A stretch of DNA of 60,866 bases, counting the filler, from Candidatus Tectimicrobiota bacterium (GTDB lineage Bacteria; JACPSX01): NCBI GenBank assembly GCA_016193065.1. It is 11 parts of 11 records of this genome, joined end to end, with 100 filler letters (N's around TTAATTAATTAA, not from the genome) between each part and the next. Parts side by side here need not be neighbours in the genome. Positions count along the whole stretch, not along the records: positions 1 to 3,041 come from JACPSX010000228.1; positions 3,142 to 12,569 come from JACPSX010000266.1; 9 more parts are not named here. One strand, 5' to 3'. Position numbers and translations under genes: made by a program. Shown here in pieces: positions 1 to 10,606 of the stretch. The notes below the pieces were generated by a model. The model ran no database searches, was not told the origin of the DNA, and saw nothing but the letters and a program-made list of their open reading frames with translations. Every line of letters begins with the position of its first letter. Within the stretch, counting starts at the first letter, position 1.

Positions 1-977
1 ACGGCGTTTGTTGCAGCGCCTTTGCGAAGGTTGTCGGCAACGACCCAGAGGTTCAGGCCATTGGGAATCGAGTGGTCCTCTCGAATTCTCCCCACGTAAA
101 CCGGGTCCGTGCCGGCGGCATCAATCGCCAGGGGATATTGGTTTTGGCGGGGGTCATCCACAACGATTACACCCGGAGCCTGGCGGAGAATCTCTCTAGC
201 TTCGGCAGCAGTCAGTTTGCGCTCGGTCTCAATGTTCACCGATTCCGAATGTCCGTAGACCACGGGAACCCGGACCGTCGTGGCCGTCACGGCAATCGAG
301 TCATCTTCCATGATCTTGCGGGTCTCGTTGATCATCTTGGTCTCTTCTTTGGAGTAGCCCTCATCATCGAAAACATCGATATGGGGCAGGCAGTTGAAGA
401 TGATCGGGTGCGGGAAGACCTTTCTCTCCAGGGGATCTCCCTTGAGCAGGCTGCGCGCTTGTTCAAGAAGCTCGTTGATGGCCTTCTGACCGGCCCCGGA
501 GACCGACTGATAGGTGGAAACCACGATCCTGCGGATCCGCGCCCGGTCGTGGAGCGGTTTGAGCGCCACGACCATCTGGATGGTAGAGCAGTTGGGGTTC
601 GCGATGATCCCCTGGTGCTTTCTCGCGGCATGGGGGTTTACCTCCGGGACCACCAGAGGAACGTCGGGCCGCATCCGAAAGGCATTGCTGTTGTCGATCA
701 CCACCGCCCCGGAAGACACCGCAGCCGGGGCAAACTCCTCGCTGCGCGCCCCTCCGGCGGAGAACAGGGCGAATTCGACCCCCCGGAAGGATTCCGGGGT
801 GAGCTTCTCCACCGCGATCTTTTCCCCCTGAAACTCCAGCCATGTTCCCACGGAGCGTTCCGAGGCGAGCAACTTCAAGCTGCGGACCGGAAAGGATCGC
901 TCCCCCAGCACCGAGATCATCGTGCGGCCCACGGCACCTGTGGCCCCCGCCACAGCAACAGCATATCCAACACTCAT
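1..977 (-). CDS. asd: aspartate-semialdehyde dehydrogenase (3'-partial; absent from ORF track)
   Basis: Manual translation: MSVGYAVAVAGATGAVG... FSAGGARS... VIDNSNAFRM... PLVVPEVN... WVVADNLRKGAATNAV; runs off the window edge. Confidence 0.95.
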   Translation of the reverse strand, partial: MSVGYAVAVAGATGAVGRTMISVLGERSFPVRSLKLLASERSVGTWLEFQGEKIAVEKLTPESFRGVEFALFSAGGARSEEFAPAAVSSGAVVIDNSNAFRMRPDVPLVVPEVNPHAARKHQGIIANPNCSTIQMVVALKPLHDRARIRRIVVSTYQSVSGAGQKAINELLEQARSLLKGDPLERKVFPHPIIFNCLPHIDVFDDEGYSKEETKMINETRKIMEDDSIAVTATTVRVPVVYGHSESVNIETERKLTAAEAREILRQAPGVIVVDDPRQNQYPLAIDAAGTDPVYVGRIREDHSIPNGLNLWVVADNLRKGAATNA

Positions 978-1006
978 TCCTTGCGCTCCTCCACCTCCGG
1001 TTACTC

Positions 1007-1570
1007 TTACTTCAGCAGATCCGCATGCTCCTTCGCATAGGCGAACAGGTTTCCCGCCTCAAGAATCGGCAGAATATCCCCCAGCGGCTTTAGCGGGAAG
1101 CGGTTCCCCGTTGTCAGGACCCTCAATTCATTTGCCTTCAGATCCACTTCCCCTTCCTGACCCGTCTCGATCCGGTCCACAAGGGGTGCGGGAGTTTCAT
1201 AGGGGATCATCCAGCCGCCGTTAACCACGTTGCGAAAGAAAATCCGGGCGTAAAACTCCGCCACCACAACCTCGATGCCCGCAGCCGCCAGAGCAATTGG
1301 GGCATGTTCCCGGGAAGATCCACATCCGAAGTTCTTCCCGGCCGCCAGGATCGAATACGGAGACCGCCCGGTCTGCGGATCGATAAACGGCACGTGACCG
1401 CGCGGCAGCCCCGCTTTCTCGGACGGAACGCTGGACAGGGCAAACGTTCCGAGCTTCTGTTTTTCCTCGGCAATGGCCGGATTCAGGACCAGATGCTGGG
1501 CGGGAATGATCTGGTCCGTGTCAATATCATCGCCGAGGACGTAGATGCGGCCGCGCACAATTTCCTTCAT
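1007..1570 (-). CDS. leuD: 3-isopropylmalate dehydratase small subunit
   Basis: [35 protein letters not shown] at 1570 overlaps the leuC stop (ATGA). Confidence 0.9.
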   Translation of the reverse strand: MKEIVRGRIYVLGDDIDTDQIIPAQHLVLNPAIAEEKQKLGTFALSSVPSEKAGLPRGHVPFIDPQTGRSPYSILAAGKNFGCGSSREHAPIALAAAGIEVVVAEFYARIFFRNVVNGGWMIPYETPAPLVDRIETGQEGEVDLKANELRVLTTGNRFPLKPLGDILPILEAGNLFAYAKEHADLLK

Positions 1571-2874
1571 GCCCGTTCTCCCAGAAATTCTCGAGGGTCC
1601 GTAATCCGCCCGGTGACCGCTGAAGCAGCCACCGTGTACGGCGAAGCCAGGTAGACCTGGGCCGTCTTGGAACCCATCCGCCCCGGGAAGTTCCGGTTCG
1701 TCGTCGAGATGCAGACTTCGGATTTGTTCAGGCGCCCCAGTGTATCCGCCGGTCCCCCCAGGCAAGCGGCGCAAGAGGGGGGGCCCACATGACACCCGGC
1801 CTCCATGAAGATGGTTTCCAAGGACTTCCCCGCGATCGTCTCTGTTTTCAGAGAGCGGGCCACCTGCGAGGTCGCCGGCACGATGAAGGTGTCCACCTTC
1901 ACCTTGCTTCCGTCCAGGACGCGGGCGGCGGCCTGAAAATCGACGGTCTTCCCCCCCGTGCAGGAGCCGATGTAGGCCCGGTCAAGGACCACGTCCCCGA
2001 TCTCCCGGGCCAGGGCGTAATGATCCGGGGAGTGAGGCTTGGCCACTCCTGGCTCAAGCTCCTTTGTTTTGTAAACCTGGGTGCTGTGGAAGCAGGCCCC
2101 CGGGTCATTGGTCACGACCTCAAAGGGCCGGTCGGTCCGTGCGCGCACGTACTCCAGCGTAACTTCATCGGGGGCAATGACTCCGTTTTTCCCTCCCGCC
2201 TCGATGACCATATTGCACAGGGTCATTCTCTCCTCGATGCCCAGGGAATATACGCCGTCACCGGCAAACTCCATGGCCCGGTAGATGGCGCCGTCCACAC
2301 CGATGTCTCCGATGACCTTGAGGATCAGATCCTTGGCCATCAGATAGGAAGGCATCTCCCCCTCAAAGATGAAGCGCATCGTCTCGGGCACTTTCAGCCA
2401 TAGCTTGCCGGTGCCCAACACAAACCCGGCATCCGTGTTCCCGATCCCGGTGGCGAACTCTCCAAAGGCACCGGCCGTGCACGTATGAGAATCTGTACCA
2501 AGCAATACTTCTCCCGGGCGGGTATGCCCCTCTTCGGGCAAGGCGATGTGGCAGACTCCCTTGTACCGATCCGTCCCCACATCGTAAAAATAAGGGAGAT
2601 CCTGCTCCCGGACAAACTGCCGCAGCACGTCCACGTTGCGGTGAGCCATCTTGTCCTCGGTGAATATATAGTGGTCCGGAATAATCACGACTTTGCTGCG
2701 GTCCCAGACCTTGGCCTGCGCTCCAAAATTCTCGTGGAATACACCGATCGTGCCGGGTCCGCACACATCGTGGGTCATTAACACGTCCACGCTGACCCAA
2801 GTGTTATCCCCCGGGGCTAGCTTAGATTTCCCCGATTTCCGGGCCAGGATTTTTTCAGTCATTGTCATCGCCAT
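1567..2874 (-). CDS. leuC: 3-isopropylmalate dehydratase large subunit (aconitase family)
   Basis: [56 protein letters not shown]. Confidence 0.92.
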   Translation of the reverse strand: MAMTMTEKILARKSGKSKLAPGDNTWVSVDVLMTHDVCGPGTIGVFHENFGAQAKVWDRSKVVIIPDHYIFTEDKMAHRNVDVLRQFVREQDLPYFYDVGTDRYKGVCHIALPEEGHTRPGEVLLGTDSHTCTAGAFGEFATGIGNTDAGFVLGTGKLWLKVPETMRFIFEGEMPSYLMAKDLILKVIGDIGVDGAIYRAMEFAGDGVYSLGIEERMTLCNMVIEAGGKNGVIAPDEVTLEYVRARTDRPFEVVTNDPGACFHSTQVYKTKELEPGVAKPHSPDHYALAREIGDVVLDRAYIGSCTGGKTVDFQAAARVLDGSKVKVDTFIVPATSQVARSLKTETIAGKSLETIFMEAGCHVGPPSCAACLGGPADTLGRLNKSEVCISTTNRNFPGRMGSKTAQVYLASPYTVAASAVTGRITDPREFLGERA

Positions 2875-3041
2875 GGCACATCCCCTCTTCCAAACTCAAC
2901 GGAGCTATAAGATACTCGATGAGAGCAGCGGAATCAAGGGCCAAGCTGATCTTGCCCACCCCCAGTTTCTGCCTGCACTATTGCGATCGGGGCTGCCCTC
3001 CCGCCCTTCGCTGCACGCCTCCCGCAGCGGACCCTTACGGG

Positions 3042-3141
3042 NNNNNNNNNNNNNNNNNNNNNNNNNNNNNNNNNNNNNNNNNNNNTTAATTAATTAANNN
3101 NNNNNNNNNNNNNNNNNNNNNNNNNNNNNNNNNNNNNNNNN
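3042..3141. other. artificial contig linker. Identical linkers lie at 12570-12669, 20828-20927, 28403-28502, 32186-32285, 35416-35515, 43835-43934, 48232-48331, 52634-52733 and 56807-56906
   Basis: 100-nt N run with a central TTAATTAATTAA (stops in all six frames). Confidence 0.99.
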
Positions 3142-3915
3142 CTTGGTTTTCTCTGGCCGTATCCCGACTACATGGTCGGCCTGATTATGATTGGGCTAGC
3201 CCGCTGCATCGCCATGGTCATCGTCTGGAATGAGCTATGCCACGGCGATAACGAATACGCTGCCGGTCTGGTCGCCTTCAATTCCATCTTTCAAATTGTC
3301 TTCTATTCGGCGTATGCCTATATATTCATCACCGTGCTGCCCGGCTGGTTTGGCCTTGAGACTACGGTGGTAGAAGTCACTATCTGGGAGATAGCCCAGA
3401 GCGTGCTAATCTACCTCGGTATCCCTTTCTTCGGCGGGATGCTCACGCGCTTTTTCCTGATGAGGGTAAAGGGGCGCGACTGGTATGACACGAAGTTCAC
3501 TCACCGTATTATGCCGCTCACTTTGGTCGCTCTGCTCTTCACCATCGTAGCGATGTTCTCTCTCAAGGGTGAGCTTATAGTACAGATACCACTGGACGTG
3601 GTGCGCATCGCCGTCCCGTTGCTCCTGTACTTCGTTACCATGTTCCTGGTCTCGTTCTACATGGGGAAGAGGATTGGAGCAACCTACCCCAGAACAGCCA
3701 GCATTGCATTCACCGCGGCCAGTAACAACTTTGAGCTGGCAATCGCCGTGGCCGTAGCGGTTTTCGGCATCACCTCGGGGCAGGCGTTCGCCGCTGTAGT
3801 CGGGCCGCTGGTGGAAGTTCCTGTTCTGATCGCTCTGGTCAACGTGGCCTTCTGGTTCCAGCGGCGGTACTTTACTGTTCCCGTGACCAGCCAACGAGCC
3901 ATGGCTCAGCAGTAA
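3142..3915 (+). CDS. acr3: ACR3-family arsenite efflux transporter (5'-partial)
   Basis: [40 protein letters not shown]; directly upstream of arsC. Confidence 0.93.
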   Translation, partial: LGFLWPYPDYMVGLIMIGLARCIAMVIVWNELCHGDNEYAAGLVAFNSIFQIVFYSAYAYIFITVLPGWFGLETTVVEVTIWEIAQSVLIYLGIPFFGGMLTRFFLMRVKGRDWYDTKFTHRIMPLTLVALLFTIVAMFSLKGELIVQIPLDVVRIAVPLLLYFVTMFLVSFYMGKRIGATYPRTASIAFTAASNNFELAIAVAVAVFGITSGQAFAAVVGPLVEVPVLIALVNVAFWFQRRYFTVPVTSQRAMAQQ

Positions 3916-3963
3916 TAACGGACAGCTTCGGAATCGTGGCGGAGGAGAAAAGGTGCTTTGCTC

Positions 3964-4377
3964 ATGAAGAGAATCTTGTTCGTGTGCACGGGAAACTCCG
4001 CTCGCAGTCAGATGGCGGAGGGATTTGCCCGTCATTTCGGCCGGGGATCCGTGGAGGCCATCAGCGCCGGGATGGAGCCGAGCCGCTTGAATCCTTATGC
4101 CGTGCGGGTCATGGCGGAGAAAGGAATTGATATTTCCCCTCAGCAATCCAAGGCCTTTGATGAGAATCTAGCCCGCCGGATGGACGTTGTGGTGACGGTC
4201 TGCGGCAACGCCGATGAGCGCTGTCCGGTCCTGCCGCCGGAAGTCGGGAGACTCCACTGGCCTTTGGAGGACCCGGCGGCTGCGAAAGGGAGCGAAGCGG
4301 AAATCCTGACCAAGTTCCGGGAAATCCGCGACCAGATTGAAGCCCGGGTTCTGGAGTTGGTTCGCGACCTGAAATAG
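3964..4377 (+). CDS. arsC: thioredoxin-coupled arsenate reductase (LMW-PTP fold)
   Basis: ILFVCTGNSARSQMAEG, TVCGNADERCP, HWPLEDP. Confidence 0.92.
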   Translation: MKRILFVCTGNSARSQMAEGFARHFGRGSVEAISAGMEPSRLNPYAVRVMAEKGIDISPQQSKAFDENLARRMDVVVTVCGNADERCPVLPPEVGRLHWPLEDPAAAKGSEAEILTKFREIRDQIEARVLELVRDLK

Positions 4378-4557
4378 GGCCTGCGGCGGCGACTTCCTTC
4401 CCACGGTCCGGGTTTTCTCTCCCCCTTTTCCGTATCCTGCTCGGCTGCCCCCTCGGAGGCTCCGGTTCTCTACCCCGCCGGGCATTGGGAAACCCCGGAA
4501 AGGCTCATGAGACCTTGGGAGAACAGGGAGGGGCCGGAATCGGAGGAGGCTCTCACC

Positions 4558-5292
4558 GTGTTATTGCTTTGGGAAATCCTGCGCGCCGGGCTGCTGGCTG
4601 TCTGGGACTATGTCGCTCTCCACGTCCTCACCTGCCTGATCCCGGCCTTCCTGCTGGCCGGGGCCATGGTCGCCTTCATTAATAAGGAGGCGATCATGGC
4701 CCGGCTGGGAGCGGCGGCTTCCAAGCCGCGGAGCTTCGCCACGGCGGCGGGCGCCAGCTTCTTCGTCGCCGCCTGTTCCTGCACGGTGATCCCCGTCTCC
4801 AGCGGAATCTACTACAGCGGTGCGGGCATCGGGGCCGCCTTCATCCTGCTGTGGGTGGCTCCAGCCTCCAACCTTCTCTCCCTGATCTACACCGGCAACA
4901 TCCTGGGGGCGGAGATGGCCTGGGTGCGAGTGATCACGGCTCTCACCATGGCGGCCGTCGTGGGAACGATCATGACCGTGGTCTTTCGCTGGGAGGAAGC
5001 CCGGCGCCTGGCTGATCAGGAAAGCAGCGGAGCGGCAAGAGGCAACAGAAAGCCCCCTGCCGTTCCGGCAAGGGGGCTCTGCTCAGCCTGCTCGTCTGTG
5101 CCAGCCCCGGGGGAACACGGATCCCGAGGGCCCGTGCCGAGCTCAGGGGCCTCTAAGATTTCCTGGCCTTCCCTTTCCCTGTCTCTCCAGGGGGCGGGGC
5201 GGCAACCTTCTTGCCCGGCTCGGGCACCCTGGGAGCGCCCGCGGCCTTCGCTGCTTTGGCAGTCATCGGAGCAGGTTTCCTGGCTTTCTTGA
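4558..5292 (+). pseudogene. ArsP/DUF318-type permease, truncated near 5030
   Basis: HVLTCLIPAFLLAGA and ACSCTVIP motifs; after about 155 codons the frame reads low-complexity sequence antisense to a terminator and a small gene. Confidence 0.7.
5043..5080 (-). terminator. intrinsic terminator for the minus-strand small ORF
   Basis: Minus strand AGCCCCCTTGCCG-GAA-CGGCAGGGGGCT followed by TTCTGTT. Confidence 0.6.
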
Positions 5293-5296
5293 CCAT
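5153..5296 (-). CDS. 47-aa basic Lys/Ala/Pro-rich small protein
   Basis: MVKKARKPAPMTAKAAKAAGAPRVPEPGKKVAAPPPGETGKGKARKS*; GGGAGG RBS upstream and terminator downstream. Confidence 0.55.
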   Translation of the reverse strand: MVKKARKPAPMTAKAAKAAGAPRVPEPGKKVAAPPPGETGKGKARKS

Positions 5297-5586
5297 GCGT
5301 TCTTCCTCCCTTTAGATGGTCACAGCCATAATCTTAATATAGGCCACGGGTTGAATCCGACCACGGCAATTTGCGGCTGTTTGCCGGGCGACGGCGGGGG
5401 TTCTTGGCATCCTGCGTGCCGGGGTACCGCCCCGGGAAACTGCGGGCGTTCAGAGAAATTGGCCGAAAAACCCCCCTTGACTTTCTCTGCCCCCAACTTT
5501 AACCTCTCCACAAGCAAATTCCTATCACTTCACCCGAATCGAATATTTGCTTCCATTTGGCCCTGGCCCGTCTTCGGAGGGATACC

Positions 5587-8253
5587 ATGAACAAGAGCAG
5601 CCTTTCCAGATTCTTTTCATTGGGTGCCAACAGCATCTTTTACCGGTTGAAACTTTCCTTTGCCTTTTTTTTCCTCACCCCGCTGATCGTCTTTTTCTTG
5701 CTGGGACTGCAGTACAACATCATCGAGAGCCAGGAGTCCTATTATTACATACTGGCAATCTTGGTCTTTTCTCTTTTCGGCTATGTCATCGTGCGCCAGA
5801 TTGTTCAAGGTGTCGACCGCGTGGCGAAAACCATGGAACAGCAGATGACCGAGCGCTTGGGTATCCCTATTGCAAGCGGAGACGAGATTGAAAGAATCGA
5901 AACCACATTCAAAACGGTGAGTACCCGCCTGGAACAATCCAACCAATCCCTGCAAAGGCGCATGACTGAAATCGAAGCCTTACGGGAACTGAACCAGACA
6001 TCCTTCTCCCATTTTGACCGGCAAAGCCTGTTGAACCGCGCGCTGGAGCGGGCGCTGGAAGTAACGCAAAGTGCAGGCGGTGCCCTGTTTGAACTGGAAA
6101 GAAGGGGGCCCAATGCATTTTTGGTTTGCCGGTCCGTTTGTGGAGAACACATCGTCATTGCAGAAAATGATGCCGTTCCCCTTGCAAAACTTCCCGTGCG
6201 TCAGGCCCTTGAAAAAGCCACTGTGACGTTGATGCCCCGATCGGAAAGCAATGGATGGCAAGGAGTGCTCTCAGATTCTGATCCGGAGTGTCAGATCGCC
6301 GTTGTTCCCGTCACCGAGGAGATGGGATTTTCAGGGGTTGCCGTTCTGATTAAAACAGGGCCGGATCGGTGGGCCGAGGATAATTTAAATTTCTTGACGT
6401 CGTTGTTCGGGGTGATGGCCAGGTCGCTGAAGATCCAGGCGCTGGGCCGGCAGGAACAGGAAACAGCGGAAGATTTAAAAACGGTCCTCTATATTCTTCA
6501 AATGATAAACTCGGGGCTTACGGAAAAGGAAATGCTTTTGGCCATCGCAAAGAAACTCCGCGAGGTCATCCCGCATCACTGGGCAGGGCTGGCCCTGGTG
6601 GAGGAAGGAATCGGGGGTCTGAAGCTGGCGTACTCGATTCCCAAACCATCTGCCAGTCTGCCCCTCGGATCCGTGCTCCCCGAACAAAACTCCCTTTTGT
6701 GCACGGCGCTGCGCGCCCGGTCCGTACTGAACGTAGAGGATCTATCGGAACAGCCCGACTACGTTGAACGGGTGCTGTGGGAGGAACTTGAGCTAAAATC
6801 GTGCCTGATGGCAGGCTTGCATTTTAAGGGCCAGTCTATTGGGGTCGTGTGCCTATCACACGTCGAAAAGAACGCATTCCGAATCGCCCATGAGCGAATA
6901 TTTTCCATGATCACAGAGGGACTGTCGCTGGCCCTAAATCAGTCACGACTTCTGCAGCAGGCCAGGGAAAAGACCGGGGAACTGGAGGTGTTAAACCGAA
7001 TCGGAAGAGCGCTGACTTCTTCTACTTTTAATATGGAGCGGGTGCTGACCTATACCCTGGAGATCATCTCCGGCCTGATCAACGTGGAGGCCGGCTCCCT
7101 GCTGTTGCTTGAAGGAGACGAACTGGTCTTCAAAGTGGCAATCGGCAAAGCGGGGGAATCGCTCAAGGGCCTTCGCATCAAACTCGGCCAGGGCGTGGTC
7201 GGCTGGGTTGCGGCCACCGGAGAATCGATGGTGGTCCGCGATGCGTCTGAGAATCCTCATTTTTACCACGGTGTAGATGAGCGTACCGGTTTTAAAACCA
7301 GAAACCTGCTCTGCATCCCCATGATCGTGGGCGGCCGTACCATCGGAACCATCGAACTGATCAACAAGGTGAAAGGCACCTTCAGCGATGAGGACCTTCG
7401 AGTTTTAAAGTCTGTTGCCACCTCTGCCGCCATTGCAATTGAGAATTCGCAATTATATTCCAGTTCCATAAACATGGCCAAACGAGAACGACTGATTCGA
7501 ACTATTTTCCAAAAGTACGTCCCTGAGGAGGTTGCTTCAGAAATTCTGGGCCGCGAGGAAGGGGACCTCATAACGCTGGGGAATCGCCGGCTCGTCACCT
7601 TGCTCAACGTCGATATCAGGGGCTATTCGCTCATGTCCAAACAGGCCAGCGCCGAAACGGTGGTCAGCATTCTCAACTATTTTTTCATGCGGATGGGAAC
7701 CATCGTCCTGAAACACAAGGGAATTCTGGACAAATACCTGGGAGACGGGCTTTTGGCCATCTTCGGTGCGCCCGTCGCCACTCGCAATCCTGCCCTGGAT
7801 GCCACACTTGCGGCCATCGAGATGGTCGAGGCCATGGAGCTGGTGGACAAATTTGCTCAGGAAAAATGTGGCATTCCTCTCCACATGGGAGTCAGCATTA
7901 ACACGGGCGAGGCAATCGTCGGCAATGTGGGATTTGAAAAGAAAATGGATTTCACGGCCATCGGAGAAGTCGTAAACGATACCTTCCGTCTCCAGAAGCT
8001 GACCCGCGAAAAACCCAATTCGATTCTTGTCAGCCAATCCACGTTCGAAAAGATCGAACCGTTTGTTCAGGCGCGATCGGCGGGGGTCAAAGTCTTGGGC
8101 GCCAATGAAGGTCAGATGGCAGTCTATGAAATTACCGGGAAAAAAGAGATGTCCGATACGGAGTATCTGCTGTACCAAGCCAAAATCACGGAAAAGCAGC
8201 AACTTGCGAAGGGCGCGGGTGACGGCCTACATCCCCCCGGGTTGGTACACTAA
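5587..8253 (+). CDS. membrane-anchored multi-GAF class III adenylate/guanylate cyclase
   Basis: Two N-terminal TM helices and three GAF-like segments; cyclase motifs VDIRGYS, DKYLGDGLLAIFGAP, INTGEAIVGNVG, FTAIGEVVN; RBS GGAGG. Confidence 0.88.
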   Translation: MNKSSLSRFFSLGANSIFYRLKLSFAFFFLTPLIVFFLLGLQYNIIESQESYYYILAILVFSLFGYVIVRQIVQGVDRVAKTMEQQMTERLGIPIASGDEIERIETTFKTVSTRLEQSNQSLQRRMTEIEALRELNQTSFSHFDRQSLLNRALERALEVTQSAGGALFELERRGPNAFLVCRSVCGEHIVIAENDAVPLAKLPVRQALEKATVTLMPRSESNGWQGVLSDSDPECQIAVVPVTEEMGFSGVAVLIKTGPDRWAEDNLNFLTSLFGVMARSLKIQALGRQEQETAEDLKTVLYILQMINSGLTEKEMLLAIAKKLREVIPHHWAGLALVEEGIGGLKLAYSIPKPSASLPLGSVLPEQNSLLCTALRARSVLNVEDLSEQPDYVERVLWEELELKSCLMAGLHFKGQSIGVVCLSHVEKNAFRIAHERIFSMITEGLSLALNQSRLLQQAREKTGELEVLNRIGRALTSSTFNMERVLTYTLEIISGLINVEAGSLLLLEGDELVFKVAIGKAGESLKGLRIKLGQGVVGWVAATGESMVVRDASENPHFYHGVDERTGFKTRNLLCIPMIVGGRTIGTIELINKVKGTFSDEDLRVLKSVATSAAIAIENSQLYSSSINMAKRERLIRTIFQKYVPEEVASEILGREEGDLITLGNRRLVTLLNVDIRGYSLMSKQASAETVVSILNYFFMRMGTIVLKHKGILDKYLGDGLLAIFGAPVATRNPALDATLAAIEMVEAMELVDKFAQEKCGIPLHMGVSINTGEAIVGNVGFEKKMDFTAIGEVVNDTFRLQKLTREKPNSILVSQSTFEKIEPFVQARSAGVKVLGANEGQMAVYEITGKKEMSDTEYLLYQAKITEKQQLAKGAGDGLHPPGLVH

Positions 8254-8499
8254 CAAGAGCGGTGGAATCCGGAGCAAGGCCACCTCGCAGGGAATCCAGG
8301 ACCCCTTCTCCTGCCTGTCGCCCCGGTCAGGCCGTACCGGCGCCATGGGGCCCAGTCGATCTAAAAAGTCTACGGGGTCGATCCTCTCGTTTACCCCAAA
8401 TTCTACCTCTACCCTCTGATCGCTGAGATCTCTGATAACAGAGAAAGGTGATCTGGGTTGTTCCCGGATCGTTGTCAGCCGCCTGAATTGGCCTAACAT
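8227..8499 (-). CDS. hypothetical 90-aa protein
   Basis: ATG-started ORF filling the gap convergent with the cyclase; no recognised motif. Confidence 0.3.
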   Translation of the reverse strand: MLGQFRRLTTIREQPRSPFSVIRDLSDQRVEVEFGVNERIDPVDFLDRLGPMAPVRPDRGDRQEKGSWIPCEVALLRIPPLLLVYQPGGM

Positions 8500-8720
8500 G
8501 TCTCACGCGATCCCTGTCTATGGCGAAAAAATTATACAGTGTTATATTTTGAAACAGGGGGGCGGCAACGCCCATGTAGCTTTTTTCAACGGTAGTTGAA
8601 TTGGCTACTGAGGCGTCGTGGTCCAGGAGAAGGCCATGACCCGCAGCCCCCGGTTCGCTGAGGATTTACCCGCCGCTTTCACCTCGGTTTTCCGATCCCA
8701 ACGGGGCGCTGGAAGCTCAG

Positions 8721-8919
8721 TTAACCCTAATCCGAAGAAAACAAGCTCGGTTGATGCGTGCTGTTGGCCCGCAGGTCCTGTCGCCGGGTCGCCTCCTCGA
8801 TCCGCGCTCCGTCACCCTGACGAGGGTCCCACTTTCGCGCGGCTCTGCGGAGGCATCCCCGCCGCCACCCGCGGGCCTTCGCCGGATGACCTCGGCGGAG
8901 AATTTCGGATTGGGGTTAA
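8721..8919. mobile_element. putative MITE with 16-bp terminal inverted repeats
   Basis: TTAACCCTAATCCGAA (8721-8736) vs TTCGGATTGGGGTTAA (8904-8919), 15/16 match, TTAA at both ends. Confidence 0.55.
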
Positions 8920-8959
8920 TACACGGGGCTGCTGAAACTCAGACAGCTTGGAGGTACGT

Positions 8960-10606
8960 GTGCGCCTGAAGCCCGGTGGCTGGTACAACCTGAGCACAAA
9001 GGCCGTCATAGCCGTGGGGATCGTCAACGTGCTCGTGTTCCTGGTCTTCTCCTATGTTTCCATTCGCACCCAGCGCCAGCACCTGATCTCCGAAGTCGTG
9101 CGGGGGGCAAGCCTGTTCAGCGACACGGTGAAGAGCAGCACCTACCGGGACATGCTCGAGGATCGTAGGGAAGACGCCTATCTGGTCATGGAAACAATCG
9201 GCAGGCAGGAGGGGATTGCGAAAGTCAGGATCTTCAACAAAGAGGGGAAGATCACCTTCTCCACGAACAAGTCCGAAATTGACCAGCTCGTGGACAAGCA
9301 GGCCGAGGCCTGCTACGCCTGCCACGGCCCGGGAATGACCAAACCGGCTGTGAGCCTGGTGACCCAGGCCCGGGCGCGCATCTACGGGGAAAAGAATGGA
9401 AACCGGCACCGCGTCCTCGGCATGATCACCCCCATTTACAACGAGAAGAGCTGCTACACGAGCAGTTGTCACGTCCACCCGGCCAGCCAGAGGGTTCTCG
9501 GGGTGGTCGACATCGGCATCTCCCTGGCGGACATTGATCGGGAAATCGGCGCCATCCAGAGGCGCACGGCGGTTCTGGCAGCCGGGGCGATCCTCTTGAT
9601 CTCTCTGCTCGTCTGGCTCCTGGTGCGGCATTTCGTGGGCCGTCCCGTGCGGGAGCTCGTGAAGGGGACCCAGCGGATCGCCGAGGGGGATTTGGACCAC
9701 CTGATCCCCGTCGACCGCTCCGACGAGATGGGGTCGCTGGCAGAAGCCTTTAACCGCATGACCCGTTCCTTGAAGAGAGCCCACGAGGAGCTGCAAAGCC
9801 TGATGGAAAAGCTGGAGGAAAAAGTCCGGGAGAGAACCCGGGCTCTCGGGGAGGCTCAAGCCCAACTGGTCCAATCCGAAAAGCTCGCCTCCCTGGGAAA
9901 GTTGGCAGCCTCCATTGCCCATGAGATTAACAACCCTCTGTCGGGGGTCCTGACCTACGCGAAGCTCATGATCCGACAGTTAAGTCGCGGCCAGCCCGAC
10001 GAGAAGGTCCTGAGAGGAGCCATAAAAAATCTCTCCCTGATCGAGCGGGAGACCCAGCGCTGCAGCACGATTGTCCGCAACCTCCTGGACTTTTCCAGGC
10101 AGCGGGATCTCTCCTTCGCCGCGGTGGACGTAAACCAAGTCATTGAGGAGGCCCTCTCCTTGCTGGGCAACCAACTCGTCATCCAGGAAATCCAATTGCA
10201 AAAACGTCTCTCCCCCATGCCGAGCATCCAGGCTGATTTTGCCCAGCTCCGGCAGGCCTTCATCAACATCATTATGAACGCCTGCGAGGCCATGGAGAAG
10301 GGGGGGGGCCTCACAATTGAATCGAGGCCCGCAGGAGAAGGGGCAGTCGAGGTCCGGGTGACCGACACCGGGGTCGGAATCCCGGCGGAGAACCTCTCCA
10401 AGATCTTCGACCCCTTCTTCACAACCAAAGAAAAAGGCACCGGACTCGGGCTCTCGGTGGTCTATGGAATCATCGAGCGCCACGGGGGGAGGCTGGAAAT
10501 CCAGAGCCAGGCGGGCCGGGGCACCATGATGATTGTCCATCTGCCGGTGAGCCGCTCGGGCAAGGAACGCGATGAAGAACCCCAGTACGACCGACTCGTC
10601 CTGTGA
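8960..10606 (+). CDS. HAMP sensor histidine kinase with periplasmic heme-c-type motifs
   Basis: TM-periplasm-TM-HAMP; CYACH and CYTSSCH; H-box AHEINNPL; G2 box FFTTKEKGTGLGL; GTG start after GGAGGT. Confidence 0.9.
   Translation: MRLKPGGWYNLSTKAVIAVGIVNVLVFLVFSYVSIRTQRQHLISEVVRGASLFSDTVKSSTYRDMLEDRREDAYLVMETIGRQEGIAKVRIFNKEGKITFSTNKSEIDQLVDKQAEACYACHGPGMTKPAVSLVTQARARIYGEKNGNRHRVLGMITPIYNEKSCYTSSCHVHPASQRVLGVVDIGISLADIDREIGAIQRRTAVLAAGAILLISLLVWLLVRHFVGRPVRELVKGTQRIAEGDLDHLIPVDRSDEMGSLAEAFNRMTRSLKRAHEELQSLMEKLEEKVRERTRALGEAQAQLVQSEKLASLGKLAASIAHEINNPLSGVLTYAKLMIRQLSRGQPDEKVLRGAIKNLSLIERETQRCSTIVRNLLDFSRQRDLSFAAVDVNQVIEEALSLLGNQLVIQEIQLQKRLSPMPSIQADFAQLRQAFINIIMNACEAMEKGGGLTIESRPAGEGAVEVRVTDTGVGIPAENLSKIFDPFFTTKEKGTGLGLSVVYGIIERHGGRLEIQSQAGRGTMMIVHLPVSRSGKERDEEPQYDRLVL

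Noticed and set aside
72..1040. 322-aa plus-strand ORF
   Set aside because: Antisense shadow of asd.
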